Shown piece after piece: positions 33,287-41,755 of a DNA stretch of 64,000 nucleotides. Position 1 is the stretch's first letter. Every line of letters starts with the position of its first letter. The DNA comes from Pseudomonadota bacterium. Lineage in GTDB: Bacteria > Pseudomonadota > Alphaproteobacteria > GCA-2746255. The DNA is taken from the NCBI GenBank assembly GCA_040752895.1, contig JBFMHN010000002.1:204368-268367 (forward strand). The letters are read 5' to 3'. Below the pieces are notes generated by a model. The model worked only from the letters and a program-made list of their open reading frames with translations, ran no database searches and was not told the DNA's origin. The position numbers and the translations under genes were made by a program.

Positions 33287-34024
33287 ATGAACCAAGTAGG
33301 TAAGCGCGCGGTCCGTCTGGGCCGTGCACGCGGCGCTCGAACACTGGCAGCATTCCTTTACGGCGTGGCGCTCATGGCGGCGGTCGGCGCGCCGCTTCGA
33401 GCCGATGACAACGTCGCTACGGCGTATGGTTCCGATGTCAACCACACGCCCCTTTTTAACACGATCTCCTACCGCTCCGACGACGTCAGCACGTTCCGAA
33501 AATGGACCGACATGCTGGAACGCTACCGCCGAGAAACGGCGACCGAGCTCGTATGCGCCAACGGCACGGCGTGCGCTCGCACCGGCCAACCGACGCCGTG
33601 GCGTGCGATTATTGACGACCTTCGCACCTATAGCGGCAAGGCCCAGCTTGAAGCGACGCAGGCGATATTCAACCGCGTCTCCTATGAAGACGACGACCGG
33701 AATTTCGGGGTCAACGATTATTGGGCCAGTCCCGGCGAGTTTCTGGCGCGCGGCGGCGACTGCGAAGACTACGCCATCGCGAAATTTCTGGCCCTGATCG
33801 AACTCGGCTGGCCCAAGGATCAGGTGCGGCTGGTGACGCTGAACGACGTTGCGGAAAAGGTCGCACACGCCGTCGTCGTCGTCTATCTGCCGGACGGCCC
33901 CTGGGTGCTGGACAGCCGCCGTAAGCGTCTGGAACTGGCTAAAAATTTTACCGATTACCGCCCGCTTTTTTCCCTGACCGAGCGCGCCTGGTGGTACCAT
34001 GTCGCGCTTGGAAACGCGAGCTGA
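33287..34024 (+). CDS. transglutaminase-like cysteine peptidase (BTLCP / LapG-like, DUF920)
   Basis: Signal-peptide-like N-terminus and a catalytic-Cys context (GGDCEDYAIAKFLALIELGW), with downstream ...AHAVVVVYL...WVLDS. Confidence 0.8.
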   Translation: MNQVGKRAVRLGRARGARTLAAFLYGVALMAAVGAPLRADDNVATAYGSDVNHTPLFNTISYRSDDVSTFRKWTDMLERYRRETATELVCANGTACARTGQPTPWRAIIDDLRTYSGKAQLEATQAIFNRVSYEDDDRNFGVNDYWASPGEFLARGGDCEDYAIAKFLALIELGWPKDQVRLVTLNDVAEKVAHAVVVVYLPDGPWVLDSRRKRLELAKNFTDYRPLFSLTERAWWYHVALGNAS

Positions 34025-34082
34025 CGCCCACTAGCTTCGGTCCGGGCCCAGCGACGAAGGCGGAGCCGAAGCGGGAAATTCC

Positions 34083-35573
34083 ATGGTTGCACAACCGGAG
34101 CCAATCCCAACGCCGCCCGGCGCTTTGTCGCCCGGTGGCGAACGTCGCCGCCCGTCGGAACCGCTGCCGCCGGTCTTTCTCGCGTTACTCTCCGTCGTCG
34201 CGCTCGCCCCTTTGCCGTTTGGCAGCGTTCATCTTTGGAGCTGGCCTTTCATCGCCACCCTGATAGGGAGCCTGCTCGGCTTTTGGGCTTTGGACCGCCT
34301 TCGGACCGGCAGCCCCGCGCCGGTGCACCCGGGGCGTTTCACGGTTTCCTTGGTGGCGCTCGGCATTGCCGTGGCCTGGGCTGACGTTCAAACCATCGGG
34401 GCAACACCAAACCATTGGCACCACCCGGCGTGGGTAACCATGGGTCATCTTCTCGGCGTTTCCGGCGAGCGCGCCATTTCCATCGCGCCCCTCGACACCT
34501 GGTCCACCATCGCGCGGTGGCTCACCGTGGCGGCGACCTTCTGGCTGGCCCTTCAATATGGCCGCGCCGTGTCGCGCGTCCGGCTCGGTTTGACCGTGAT
34601 CGCCGTAATCGGCGCAGGGGTCGCCGCCTATGGGCTCATCATGACGCTCGGCGGCATCGAAATGGTTCTCTGGCGTGAGCGGACCTGGTCCATTTACCGT
34701 GGCTACGTGTCAGGAACCTTCATCAACCGCAACACCTTTGCTACCTATGCGGGGCTTGTTGTGCTTATCGCCAGCGCCTTCCTGCTGGAGGCTTATTTCA
34801 ACCACCGCCGCCGGGCCATGGGCCGCGGTCCAAGTCTGCTCAAGGCCGTGGAAACGTATGTTGCGGGAAACTGGCTTTGGCTTTGTATCTGGTTCCTTGC
34901 CATGACGGCGTTGCTGCTGAGCGGCTCGCGCGGCGGCTTTTTCTCGACCATAGCAGGCGGCATCGTCATGATTTTTGCCGCGGGTGTCGGCGCCAAACAG
35001 ACACGCGATCTTGCGCGCTTGGCCATGTTGCTGGCCGGGCTTCTGGTTCTCGCGGCCTTTGCCATGAGCGGCGAAACCCTGGTCGCCAGTTTTGGACCGC
35101 AGTTCGGCGAAAGCGCCGCGGGACGCGGCGTGATCTACGATCTGACCATTCGCGCCTTGACCGACCGTCCGTTGCTCGGAAGCGGCGCGGGCACGTTTCA
35201 GAATCTGTTCTATCTATATTGGGACCTCGCACTTGGCATGCGGGCGACCGAAACGCACAATTCCTATCTCGATTCCATCGTCACCCTGGGTCTGCCGGCC
35301 GGCGTCTTGCCGACGCTGGCCGTCGCCGCCGCTGCGTTCCCATGCATTTTGGGACTGCGACGGCGCCGCCGCGACACGATCTTTCCGGCCCTTGGCGTCG
35401 GTGCGACCGCGCTCGTGGGTGTCCACGCGCTGATGGATTTCAGTCTCGAAAACCTGGCCGTGGCGACCACATATTTTTTCATGCTGGGTCTCTGCGTCGC
35501 CCAGAGCTGGTCGAGCGCCGAAGATACCGCCAAGATTTCCGGTGGCGTCCAGCGACGCCGGCGCCTGGTCTAA
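34083..35573 (+). CDS. O-antigen ligase / Wzy-family polytopic membrane protein (ExoQ-like)
   Basis: 496 aa with more than 10 predicted TMs and the Wzy_C-type region (LLSGSRGGFFSTIAGG...TETHNSYLDSIVTLGLPAG). Confidence 0.8.
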   Translation: MVAQPEPIPTPPGALSPGGERRRPSEPLPPVFLALLSVVALAPLPFGSVHLWSWPFIATLIGSLLGFWALDRLRTGSPAPVHPGRFTVSLVALGIAVAWADVQTIGATPNHWHHPAWVTMGHLLGVSGERAISIAPLDTWSTIARWLTVAATFWLALQYGRAVSRVRLGLTVIAVIGAGVAAYGLIMTLGGIEMVLWRERTWSIYRGYVSGTFINRNTFATYAGLVVLIASAFLLEAYFNHRRRAMGRGPSLLKAVETYVAGNWLWLCIWFLAMTALLLSGSRGGFFSTIAGGIVMIFAAGVGAKQTRDLARLAMLLAGLLVLAAFAMSGETLVASFGPQFGESAAGRGVIYDLTIRALTDRPLLGSGAGTFQNLFYLYWDLALGMRATETHNSYLDSIVTLGLPAGVLPTLAVAAAAFPCILGLRRRRRDTIFPALGVGATALVGVHALMDFSLENLAVATTYFFMLGLCVAQSWSSAEDTAKISGGVQRRRRLV

Positions 35574-36241
35574 AGCCGCGACAACCGGTCGAAGGCTTCG
35601 CGCTGGCCTATCTCGCCGAGCGCCTCGCGGACGATGGCCCGTATGGTTTCCGATCGCGCCGCCGACACCAGTTCCTCGGGTTTTGTTTCCCAAGCAAGCT
35701 GAATCTGCGCCGCCACGAGATGGCGTTCCTCGGCGGAGAAAAAGCGCCAGGATTGAAACGCAACGATCAGCCGCGGCACTACCAGCTTGGAATCGTACCG
35801 TCCCATATAGATGGATTGCGCGACATATTGTGCCACCGCCGCGCTCGGCCCATTGTGGCGCTGCTCCGCATGGGCCAGCCAGGTCCAGATCCGGGGATTG
35901 ACCGGCGATACCTCAATTGCGGCCCGGAAGGCGTCGAAAGCGCCGGCATAAAGGCGGTCCCGTTCCTCCGCGTTTGGGGCGCGCGCGGCCAGGATCAGTC
36001 GGACAAGCCCCAGTTTCGCGAGGTAGTCGTCGGACCGGTACCATCCCGTCGCCCGGGCAAACGCGCTCTCGGCCGCTTTGAGCCGGTCATTATCCAGCGC
36101 CGAATTCAGCGCATAGTTGTCTATGATTCCGGTGTGCGGCGTTGCGATAAGCGCCGCTACCAGCCGGGGCAGCGCGATGGCCGCGACCGTAATCCCGATG
36201 GCCAGCGCCGCCCATGCCGTCCAGTGCCGGAAGTGGCGCAT
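35570..36241 (-). CDS. membrane-anchored helical-repeat (TPR-like) protein, function unknown
   Basis: Starts MRHFRHWTAWAALAIGITVAAIALPRLV (ATG 36241). One N-terminal TM, then a helical region with a TPR-like segment (AFDAFRAAIEVSPVNPRIWTWLAHAE). It sits directly downstream of the Wzc-like gene. Confidence 0.55.
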   Translation of the reverse strand: MRHFRHWTAWAALAIGITVAAIALPRLVAALIATPHTGIIDNYALNSALDNDRLKAAESAFARATGWYRSDDYLAKLGLVRLILAARAPNAEERDRLYAGAFDAFRAAIEVSPVNPRIWTWLAHAEQRHNGPSAAVAQYVAQSIYMGRYDSKLVVPRLIVAFQSWRFFSAEERHLVAAQIQLAWETKPEELVSAARSETIRAIVREALGEIGQREAFDRLSRL

Positions 36242-36255
36242 AGCCAGACCGCCGC

Positions 36256-38505
36256 TCAGGTCGTGTAGTATCGGCGATACCGGCCGTAGTAATAGCCCGA
36301 ATCGCTGAAGCCGTATTGCGCGTGGGCTTTCACGTCCACCATCGACAGGACGATGCCGGCAATGTGTACGCCCGTGCTTGCGAGCTGCGTGAGCCCCATG
36401 CGCACGACCTCGCGCCGGGTACTCGCCCACTGCGCGACGAACAACACCGTGTCGGCGTGCCGCGCCAGCATGCGCGAATCAGAGACCGCCAGAACCGGCG
36501 GCGAATCGATCAAAACCAAATCGAACTGCTTGCGCAGCCCTTGAATCAGGTTGCCGAATTTCTCCGATCCCAAAAGATCCGTGGGGTTCGGCACCGATCG
36601 CCCGGCCGTGATGACATAGGCGCCGTTCGCGTCGTCGCGCAACAGGACCGCTTTCAGATCCGCTTCGCCCAGAAGATATTCGACGAGACCGGGCTTCGAC
36701 GGCAGGCCGAATTTCTTATGCATCGCCGGGCGGCGCAGATCGCCATCCACCAAAAGCGTCTTCTGCCCAGCCTTGGCCGCAAGCCGGGCGAGCGCCGAGG
36801 CCAACGACGATTTGCCTTCGTCGGGCAGCGATGAACAGACCATCACTGCCCGCGTCTCCAGATCAACGTTGGAAATGACGAGGCTGGTGTGAATTTGCCG
36901 TATGGCTTCGCTAAACGCCGATAGCGGCTTGCTTAGCACCACCGATTCTGGCGCCTCATTCTCGATGTCCACGCTGGCAAGAGTCGGGATCAGACCCAGC
37001 CCGGGCACGCCCACTTCCTTTTCAATCTGATCAATACTGCGGAAACCTTGGTCGAGTTTTTCCAGAACGACCGCGAGAAGGCCGCCGATGCCGATAGAGG
37101 CAACGAAAACCAGTCCGATCAGAAGGCCCCGCTTCGGAAAGCTTGGAACCGACGGGGTATCCGCCGGCGAAATGATTCGCGCGTCCGCCTGTTGAATGTC
37201 TCCCTGCTGCGTCGTTTCCTTGAATCGGTTGAGGAAGATTTCCTGCACCGTCCGGTTCGCCTCGGCCTCGCGCTGCAACGCGCGCAGTTGCACTTCCTTG
37301 ATATTAAGTTCACTGGCCTGGCTTTCGAGGCCGCGCAGGCTTTGGGTCAGCGCGTCCTCCCGGGCGGTGGCGACTTCGACCTCGTTGGCGAGGTTCTGGG
37401 TGATTTTCTTCACTTCCGACGCAATTTTTGCCCGCAGGTCTCTCGCCTCGGCCTGCACGTTGACTATCTTCGGATGCGATGGACCGTATCGGGAAGTAAG
37501 CTCTGCCGCCTTCCGGTTGACCTCCGCTTCCTGTTCGCGAAGACGTTGAATGAGGGGTGAGGTCAGAACCTCCGCCGCCGATTCCGCGCCACCCGGCGAT
37601 TGAAGAAGCGATTCCACCTGGCGCAGGCGCGCATGGGCTTCCGCCCGCGCCGCGCGCGCGATAATGAGCTGGGAATTAACCTCGGTGATTTGCTGGCCGA
37701 CAAGCGATATCCCATTGCTCTGAGTCAGACCGTTTTCACGGCGGAAAGTCTCGACGGCCTGCTCGCTGGCTTTGACCGATTCCCGCAGGGTCGAAAGCCG
37801 GTCGCCGAGCCATCGCGTGGCCACCTGGGTTGCCTCAAACTTGGCCTCCAGCTGCTCGACGATATAGAGATCGGCGACGTCGTTGGCGACGCGTGCCGCA
37901 AGCGCCGGGTCGGTCGACGTGAAGCTGACCTGCAGCACCAGCGACCGGCCCACCGCCTCGACGTCGAGGCTATCTAGGAACGCATCAATAATGCGGCGTT
38001 CCAAGGCTTTCATCTCTTCTTCGGTGATTGGCTCGATGGGGGAAATGTAGTCTGCCCAGCTGTCGGGCAGATAGGTCCGGACAGAGAAAAGCGTCGCCAA
38101 GAAACCGGGTTTACGTAAATCGAGGTTGAACTCGGGTTCAAGATCGAGACGGCTTTTTTGGATGACGCGGCGGGCGAGCGAGCGCGAACGGATGACCTCA
38201 ATCTGGCCGTTGAGGGTTTCAAGGCCCTGGGGCAGGGCGGCCATAACCGTCTCGATACTGACGATCTTGTTCTCGCGCGGCTCGATCATGATGTGCGCGT
38301 GGGCGGTATAGCGCGGCGTGACCTGGTAGACGATCAGCCCCGCCAGCAGCGTCAGAAGGGCGATGGTCCCGCCAATGACATTCCGCCGCCGCCAAAGCTT
38401 CCGCAAAAGCTCCTGCAAATTTTCCGAGTTCGGCAGTGGAATGGCGCCCCGGCCCGTTTTCGGGACCCGGCCGCTGGCCATTGGCCCCGCGCTATCGTCA
38501 CCCAT
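36256..38505 (-). CDS. polysaccharide co-polymerase / tyrosine autokinase (Wzc/ExoP-like, PCP-2a)
   Basis: 749 aa: Wzz-type N-terminal domain with two TMs flanking a long coiled-coil periplasmic region, a cytoplasmic P-loop kinase domain (SSLPDEGKSS, LVLIDSPPVL) and a Tyr-rich tail (SGYYYGRYRRYYTT). Confidence 0.92.
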   Translation of the reverse strand: MGDDSAGPMASGRVPKTGRGAIPLPNSENLQELLRKLWRRRNVIGGTIALLTLLAGLIVYQVTPRYTAHAHIMIEPRENKIVSIETVMAALPQGLETLNGQIEVIRSRSLARRVIQKSRLDLEPEFNLDLRKPGFLATLFSVRTYLPDSWADYISPIEPITEEEMKALERRIIDAFLDSLDVEAVGRSLVLQVSFTSTDPALAARVANDVADLYIVEQLEAKFEATQVATRWLGDRLSTLRESVKASEQAVETFRRENGLTQSNGISLVGQQITEVNSQLIIARAARAEAHARLRQVESLLQSPGGAESAAEVLTSPLIQRLREQEAEVNRKAAELTSRYGPSHPKIVNVQAEARDLRAKIASEVKKITQNLANEVEVATAREDALTQSLRGLESQASELNIKEVQLRALQREAEANRTVQEIFLNRFKETTQQGDIQQADARIISPADTPSVPSFPKRGLLIGLVFVASIGIGGLLAVVLEKLDQGFRSIDQIEKEVGVPGLGLIPTLASVDIENEAPESVVLSKPLSAFSEAIRQIHTSLVISNVDLETRAVMVCSSLPDEGKSSLASALARLAAKAGQKTLLVDGDLRRPAMHKKFGLPSKPGLVEYLLGEADLKAVLLRDDANGAYVITAGRSVPNPTDLLGSEKFGNLIQGLRKQFDLVLIDSPPVLAVSDSRMLARHADTVLFVAQWASTRREVVRMGLTQLASTGVHIAGIVLSMVDVKAHAQYGFSDSGYYYGRYRRYYTT

Positions 38506-38552
38506 GAATGAAAATCCCCCAGAGTCCGGACCACGTCAAGGCCGGCGCGGCG

Positions 38553-39119
38553 TTAGAAAAAACGTTCCGGCACTTCGATGATATCGCCGGGCAGAACGGG
38601 CGTGTCGTGATCGGCCACGGTTCCCGACCCTTCCGGCGTATCGGCCCGGCGAAGCAGGGTATGGTTCTGCCGCGCGCGGTAAGTATATCCCCCCGCCATG
38701 ACAACAGCTTTCACCACCGTCATCCCCTCGACATAGGGATAACTGCCTGGCTTCTGGACTTCTCCAAAAATATAGAACGGTCGGTAGTTCAGAACTTCGA
38801 TGCTGACCCGCGGATTAACGAGGTAATCCGGGCTTAGTTCCTGCTCGATGGCGGATATCAATTCGGGCGCCGATCGTCCTGCCGCCCGGATTCCCCCGAT
38901 CAACGGCAGGGATACGACCCCGCTGCCGTCGACGACGAATTCCCCCGAAAGATCCTCTTCGCCGAAAACGATGATGCGGAGCTGATCGCCCGGACCCAAA
39001 AGATACTGGATCCCATCGGCCGCCGCCGCCCCCCGACCCATCACGGCAATGGCGAGCGCGGCCAACAACGCGGCTACGCCAAAAACGGTCTTCAGAATGT
39101 TAGCGGCGGTCATCCGCAC
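38553..39119 (-). CDS. polysaccharide export protein (Wza/ExoF-like, Poly_export + SLBB)
   Basis: Signal peptide, then YLLGPGDQLRIIVFGEEDLSGEFVVDGSGVVSLPLIGGIRAAGRS...L...YLVNPRVSIEV and an SLBB-like segment (FYIFGEVQKPGSYPY). Confidence 0.9.
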   Translation of the reverse strand: MRMTAANILKTVFGVAALLAALAIAVMGRGAAAADGIQYLLGPGDQLRIIVFGEEDLSGEFVVDGSGVVSLPLIGGIRAAGRSAPELISAIEQELSPDYLVNPRVSIEVLNYRPFYIFGEVQKPGSYPYVEGMTVVKAVVMAGGYTYRARQNHTLLRRADTPEGSGTVADHDTPVLPGDIIEVPERFF

Positions 39120-39151
39120 GGAAGGGATGCTCCGTGATTTCGGTTGATCAC

Positions 39152-40426
39152 CTACCGGTGAAGGACGAGGCGGACCATCACCACGTTCTTGGTATAGTCC
39201 TGCCCGACGATGTTCGAATTGCGATTCGTCAACTCGTAGCTCAGCCGCGCCGTCGCGAGCCGGTTCATCTGGTAGTCAAGGTTCATGCTGAAATTTACCA
39301 GGTCGTCGTCGCGCGAAATGCCCTCGTAATCCTGGTTGGTGTAGCTGAACCCAAGCCCACCTATGATGTTCCGCCGCAGCTCATGATTGACCGCAATCCC
39401 GGCCGTTGTCATGAAATAGCCGGATGCCGCGGCCTGGGTGGTTTCCTCGATCGTGCGCCGGACGGTTGCCGTAAAGGTCGTCAAGTTGCCGGCGTTCCAG
39501 TTCATCTCGCCGCCGAACGTCACGCCGTTGATCTTCTGCAGGGCCAGGTCGTCGAAGTCCTGTTCGCGGTAACCGACATAGACGTCGCCGAACAGTTTGC
39601 CGCCGAAATCCACTGCCGTACCGCCGACGATCTCGTACCCGTCCGAATCGCGATTGAACCCGTTGTCGTCGAGGGCGTTGTCGTAATCACGGTTGAAATA
39701 AGCGAAGCGCGTGAAGGCTTCGTACTCGGGAACGATCTCGTAACCGAGACGTACGCTCGATTCCAACTCGTCGCGATCGCGGTCGTCGTTGTTGATCGAC
39801 GCCCCGGCCGAGGTCAGCACGTCGTCAAAATTGATCCGTTTCCAGATTTCTTCGGCCTTGAAGGACAGCCGGTTGAACTTCTGGAACCAACCGCCACGGG
39901 CGCGGTTGGTATCGTATTCCGTTGGTTCGATGCCGTTCACGTTGTCGGGTGAGCCGCGCGCTTCATGCAACTTGCGGTAATCATAGCCCGCCGAGAAATA
40001 ACCCCGCGGGCTGTAGTCGAACCTTCCGTCGGCACCGGCGAAATAGTCCTCGTAGTTCTCGTCCGTATTATCGGCGTAGAACCCGAAATCACCGGATGCC
40101 CGCAGGTTGAGCGCGTGACGGCTCCACTGGGACGCGATCGTCGCCTCGGGCTGCACCTTGGTGATGAAATCGTCCACCTCGTTGCTGTCGGTGGCGAAAA
40201 TATTGTCGTCGTACTCTTCGACGACGCCCAAGTTCGGAAACATGCGGAACCCGCCCAGCGGCATGCCCGTCGGGTCCAGTTCAGGCCGCGGCCGTTCGAC
40301 CACCGTCAGGCCGCGAACGGTTTCGCGGGAGTATTGCTGCGCCGAAGCGGGCGATACGCCGTAGGCCAGCAGCGCCAGCATGGCGCTGCTGATCGAGACG
40401 AAACCGGGTTTGAAAAATTTGCGCAT
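39152..40426 (-). CDS. outer-membrane beta-barrel protein associated with polysaccharide export (BBP2-like, tentative)
   Basis: Signal peptide MRKFFKPGFVSISSAMLALLAYGVSPASA-QQ from the internal ATG at 40426. Alternating aromatic, Gly and Asp-rich beta-strand pattern throughout. Adjacent to the wza/wzc homologues. Confidence 0.7.
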   Translation of the reverse strand: MRKFFKPGFVSISSAMLALLAYGVSPASAQQYSRETVRGLTVVERPRPELDPTGMPLGGFRMFPNLGVVEEYDDNIFATDSNEVDDFITKVQPEATIASQWSRHALNLRASGDFGFYADNTDENYEDYFAGADGRFDYSPRGYFSAGYDYRKLHEARGSPDNVNGIEPTEYDTNRARGGWFQKFNRLSFKAEEIWKRINFDDVLTSAGASINNDDRDRDELESSVRLGYEIVPEYEAFTRFAYFNRDYDNALDDNGFNRDSDGYEIVGGTAVDFGGKLFGDVYVGYREQDFDDLALQKINGVTFGGEMNWNAGNLTTFTATVRRTIEETTQAAASGYFMTTAGIAVNHELRRNIIGGLGFSYTNQDYEGISRDDDLVNFSMNLDYQMNRLATARLSYELTNRNSNIVGQDYTKNVVMVRLVLHR

Positions 40427-40519
40427 GTTTCTGTTTTTTCCATTAACCATAATATGGTCGCGCTTGCGGCGTCGTGCGTCCTTATTTCCGGCCGCGCCGG
40501 CGCCCGCCCGCTTTGCTGC

Positions 40520-41032
40520 TTACTGCGACTGGCTAATGGTATTTTCGTTGGCTGCCAGGGTCGTGATGTCCTTCGAGGAAGTTTCTTTGTCGATTGGCGG
40601 ATTGGCCCCCTGGTTGCCGGCGGCCGGGCTGGTCTGGGCCAGCACTTGCGCCGCGCGCGCCTCGATCGCTACGCGCGCCTGCGGCGCCGCCTTCGTCACC
40701 GCCGCCGCGATGGTCGTCACCTGATCCGGCGCTTTTGCCGCCAGCGCGTCGAACACCGCCGTCGCCGCATCGGGCGCCCCCGCCGTCACGCTGGTCGCGA
40801 TGATCGAAACCAGATTGGGCGCGACGTCGAATGCAAACGCGGCCACATCCGCCGCGAGCGCCGGATTTTGCGCCACAAGCGCTTCCAGCTTCGCGCCGAT
40901 TTCGTCGGCCGGGCCGTTCATAATTTCTTCGACCGCCGCCTGGGTGGCCGGATCGAGTTCGGCATGTGCAGGTGTAAAGGAAAGCCCCATGACCGTCGCG
41001 GCGATCGCGATAGAACGCATAAAGAACTTCAT
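40520..41032 (-). CDS. secreted Ala-rich helical protein, no family recognised
   Basis: Starts MKFFMRSIAIAATVMGLSFTPAHA-ELD (clear Sec signal peptide, ATG 41032). The mature part is an Ala/Val/Asp-rich helical sequence with a polar tail. Confidence 0.6.
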   Translation of the reverse strand: MKFFMRSIAIAATVMGLSFTPAHAELDPATQAAVEEIMNGPADEIGAKLEALVAQNPALAADVAAFAFDVAPNLVSIIATSVTAGAPDAATAVFDALAAKAPDQVTTIAAAVTKAAPQARVAIEARAAQVLAQTSPAAGNQGANPPIDKETSSKDITTLAANENTISQSQ

Positions 41033-41090
41033 GTCATCTCCCCCATCCGATCGGCCGCGCTGGTCCGCGCCAAAGGCTCCTACTTCCAGT

Positions 41091-41126
41091 TGCCGCCAAT
41101 ATGGCTTGTGCCGCCAATACGGCTTG
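41091..41126. repeat. 18-bp tandem direct repeat (2 units, 1 mismatch) upstream of the secreted-protein gene
   Basis: tgccgccaatAtggcttg (41091-41108) and tgccgccaatAcggcttg (41109-41126). It lies 59-94 nt upstream of the minus-strand ATG at 41032. Unit 1 contains the small dyad GCCA-N3-TGGC. Confidence 0.85.
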
Positions 41127-41399
41127 AAAAAGTTACCAGAAACCGTCGTGGTGAACAACGGCGGAAGTTATTTCGACGCCATTCCATGGGGTTAAGCGTC
41201 ATTCCTAAGGGTTGGACGCGCCTTCCATAAGGTTAGGGGGGCTGGACTAATGGCTTGATTTTAAAGGATTTCCGTTGCGGACTTGTCATACCGGACGGTA
41301 AAAAAACGCCGCCCCAGATTCGTCCGTTGACGACGGCCTTAAATCTTTTTTTACGGCTCCGGGGCAGGATGGTGGCGCGTCCCGACGAAGGATTCGGCC

Positions 41400-41579
41400 A
41401 TGGCACTGATCGAGGTTTCCGATTCCGCCCCCCTTGCTGCCGGCGATCTTTTCGCAGATCGCCGTCATGCCTACGGCCAAGCCGGCAAGTGGTCGATCCG
41501 TCGGGTTTTTCTCGTTGTGATCGGATTCAACGCCCTGTTCTGGATCGCCTCGGTCCTCGCCGTCCAGGCCCTCCTCTAG
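41400..41579 (+). CDS. candidate 59-aa tail-anchored membrane peptide (below the ORF-track length cutoff)
   Basis: ATG 41400 with GAAGGA 7 nt upstream. Translation MALIEVSDSAPLAAGDLFADRRHAYGQAGKWSIRRVFLVVIGFNALFWIASVLAVQALL*. One clean C-terminal TM. The overlapping 164-aa track ORF (41255..41749) is Arg/Pro-rich and looks non-coding. Confidence 0.4.
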   Translation: MALIEVSDSAPLAAGDLFADRRHAYGQAGKWSIRRVFLVVIGFNALFWIASVLAVQALL

Positions 41580-41697
41580 CCCGCCCGGCGGCCCTTGCGT
41601 TCCCGGTGCACGCCCCGTTCGTCTCGCTCCCTAAATCTTCCTCGGCATCGCCCGCCGCGCCTTTCCTGAACGGATGGTCTATATCTTCTATTCCCTT

Positions 41698-41719
41698 GGC
41701 CGCCGCCTTGGCGGCGGCC
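41698..41719 (+). other. perfect 10-bp all-G/C inverted repeat (GGCCGCCGCC-tt-GGCGGCGGCC) in the leader of the priming transferase gene
   Basis: Read directly. The arms are exact reverse complements. It lies 37 nt upstream of the ATG at 41756. There is no downstream T-run, so it is not a canonical terminator. Confidence 0.7.
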
Positions 41720-41755
41720 CGTGACCGGCGGGATCTTCGTCCCGAATAGGTAGTC

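Noticed and set aside
33074-34000. 308-aa minus-strand ORF overlapping the BTLCP gene
   Set aside because: It is antisense to a gene with a clear signal peptide and catalytic motif, and it has no features of its own.
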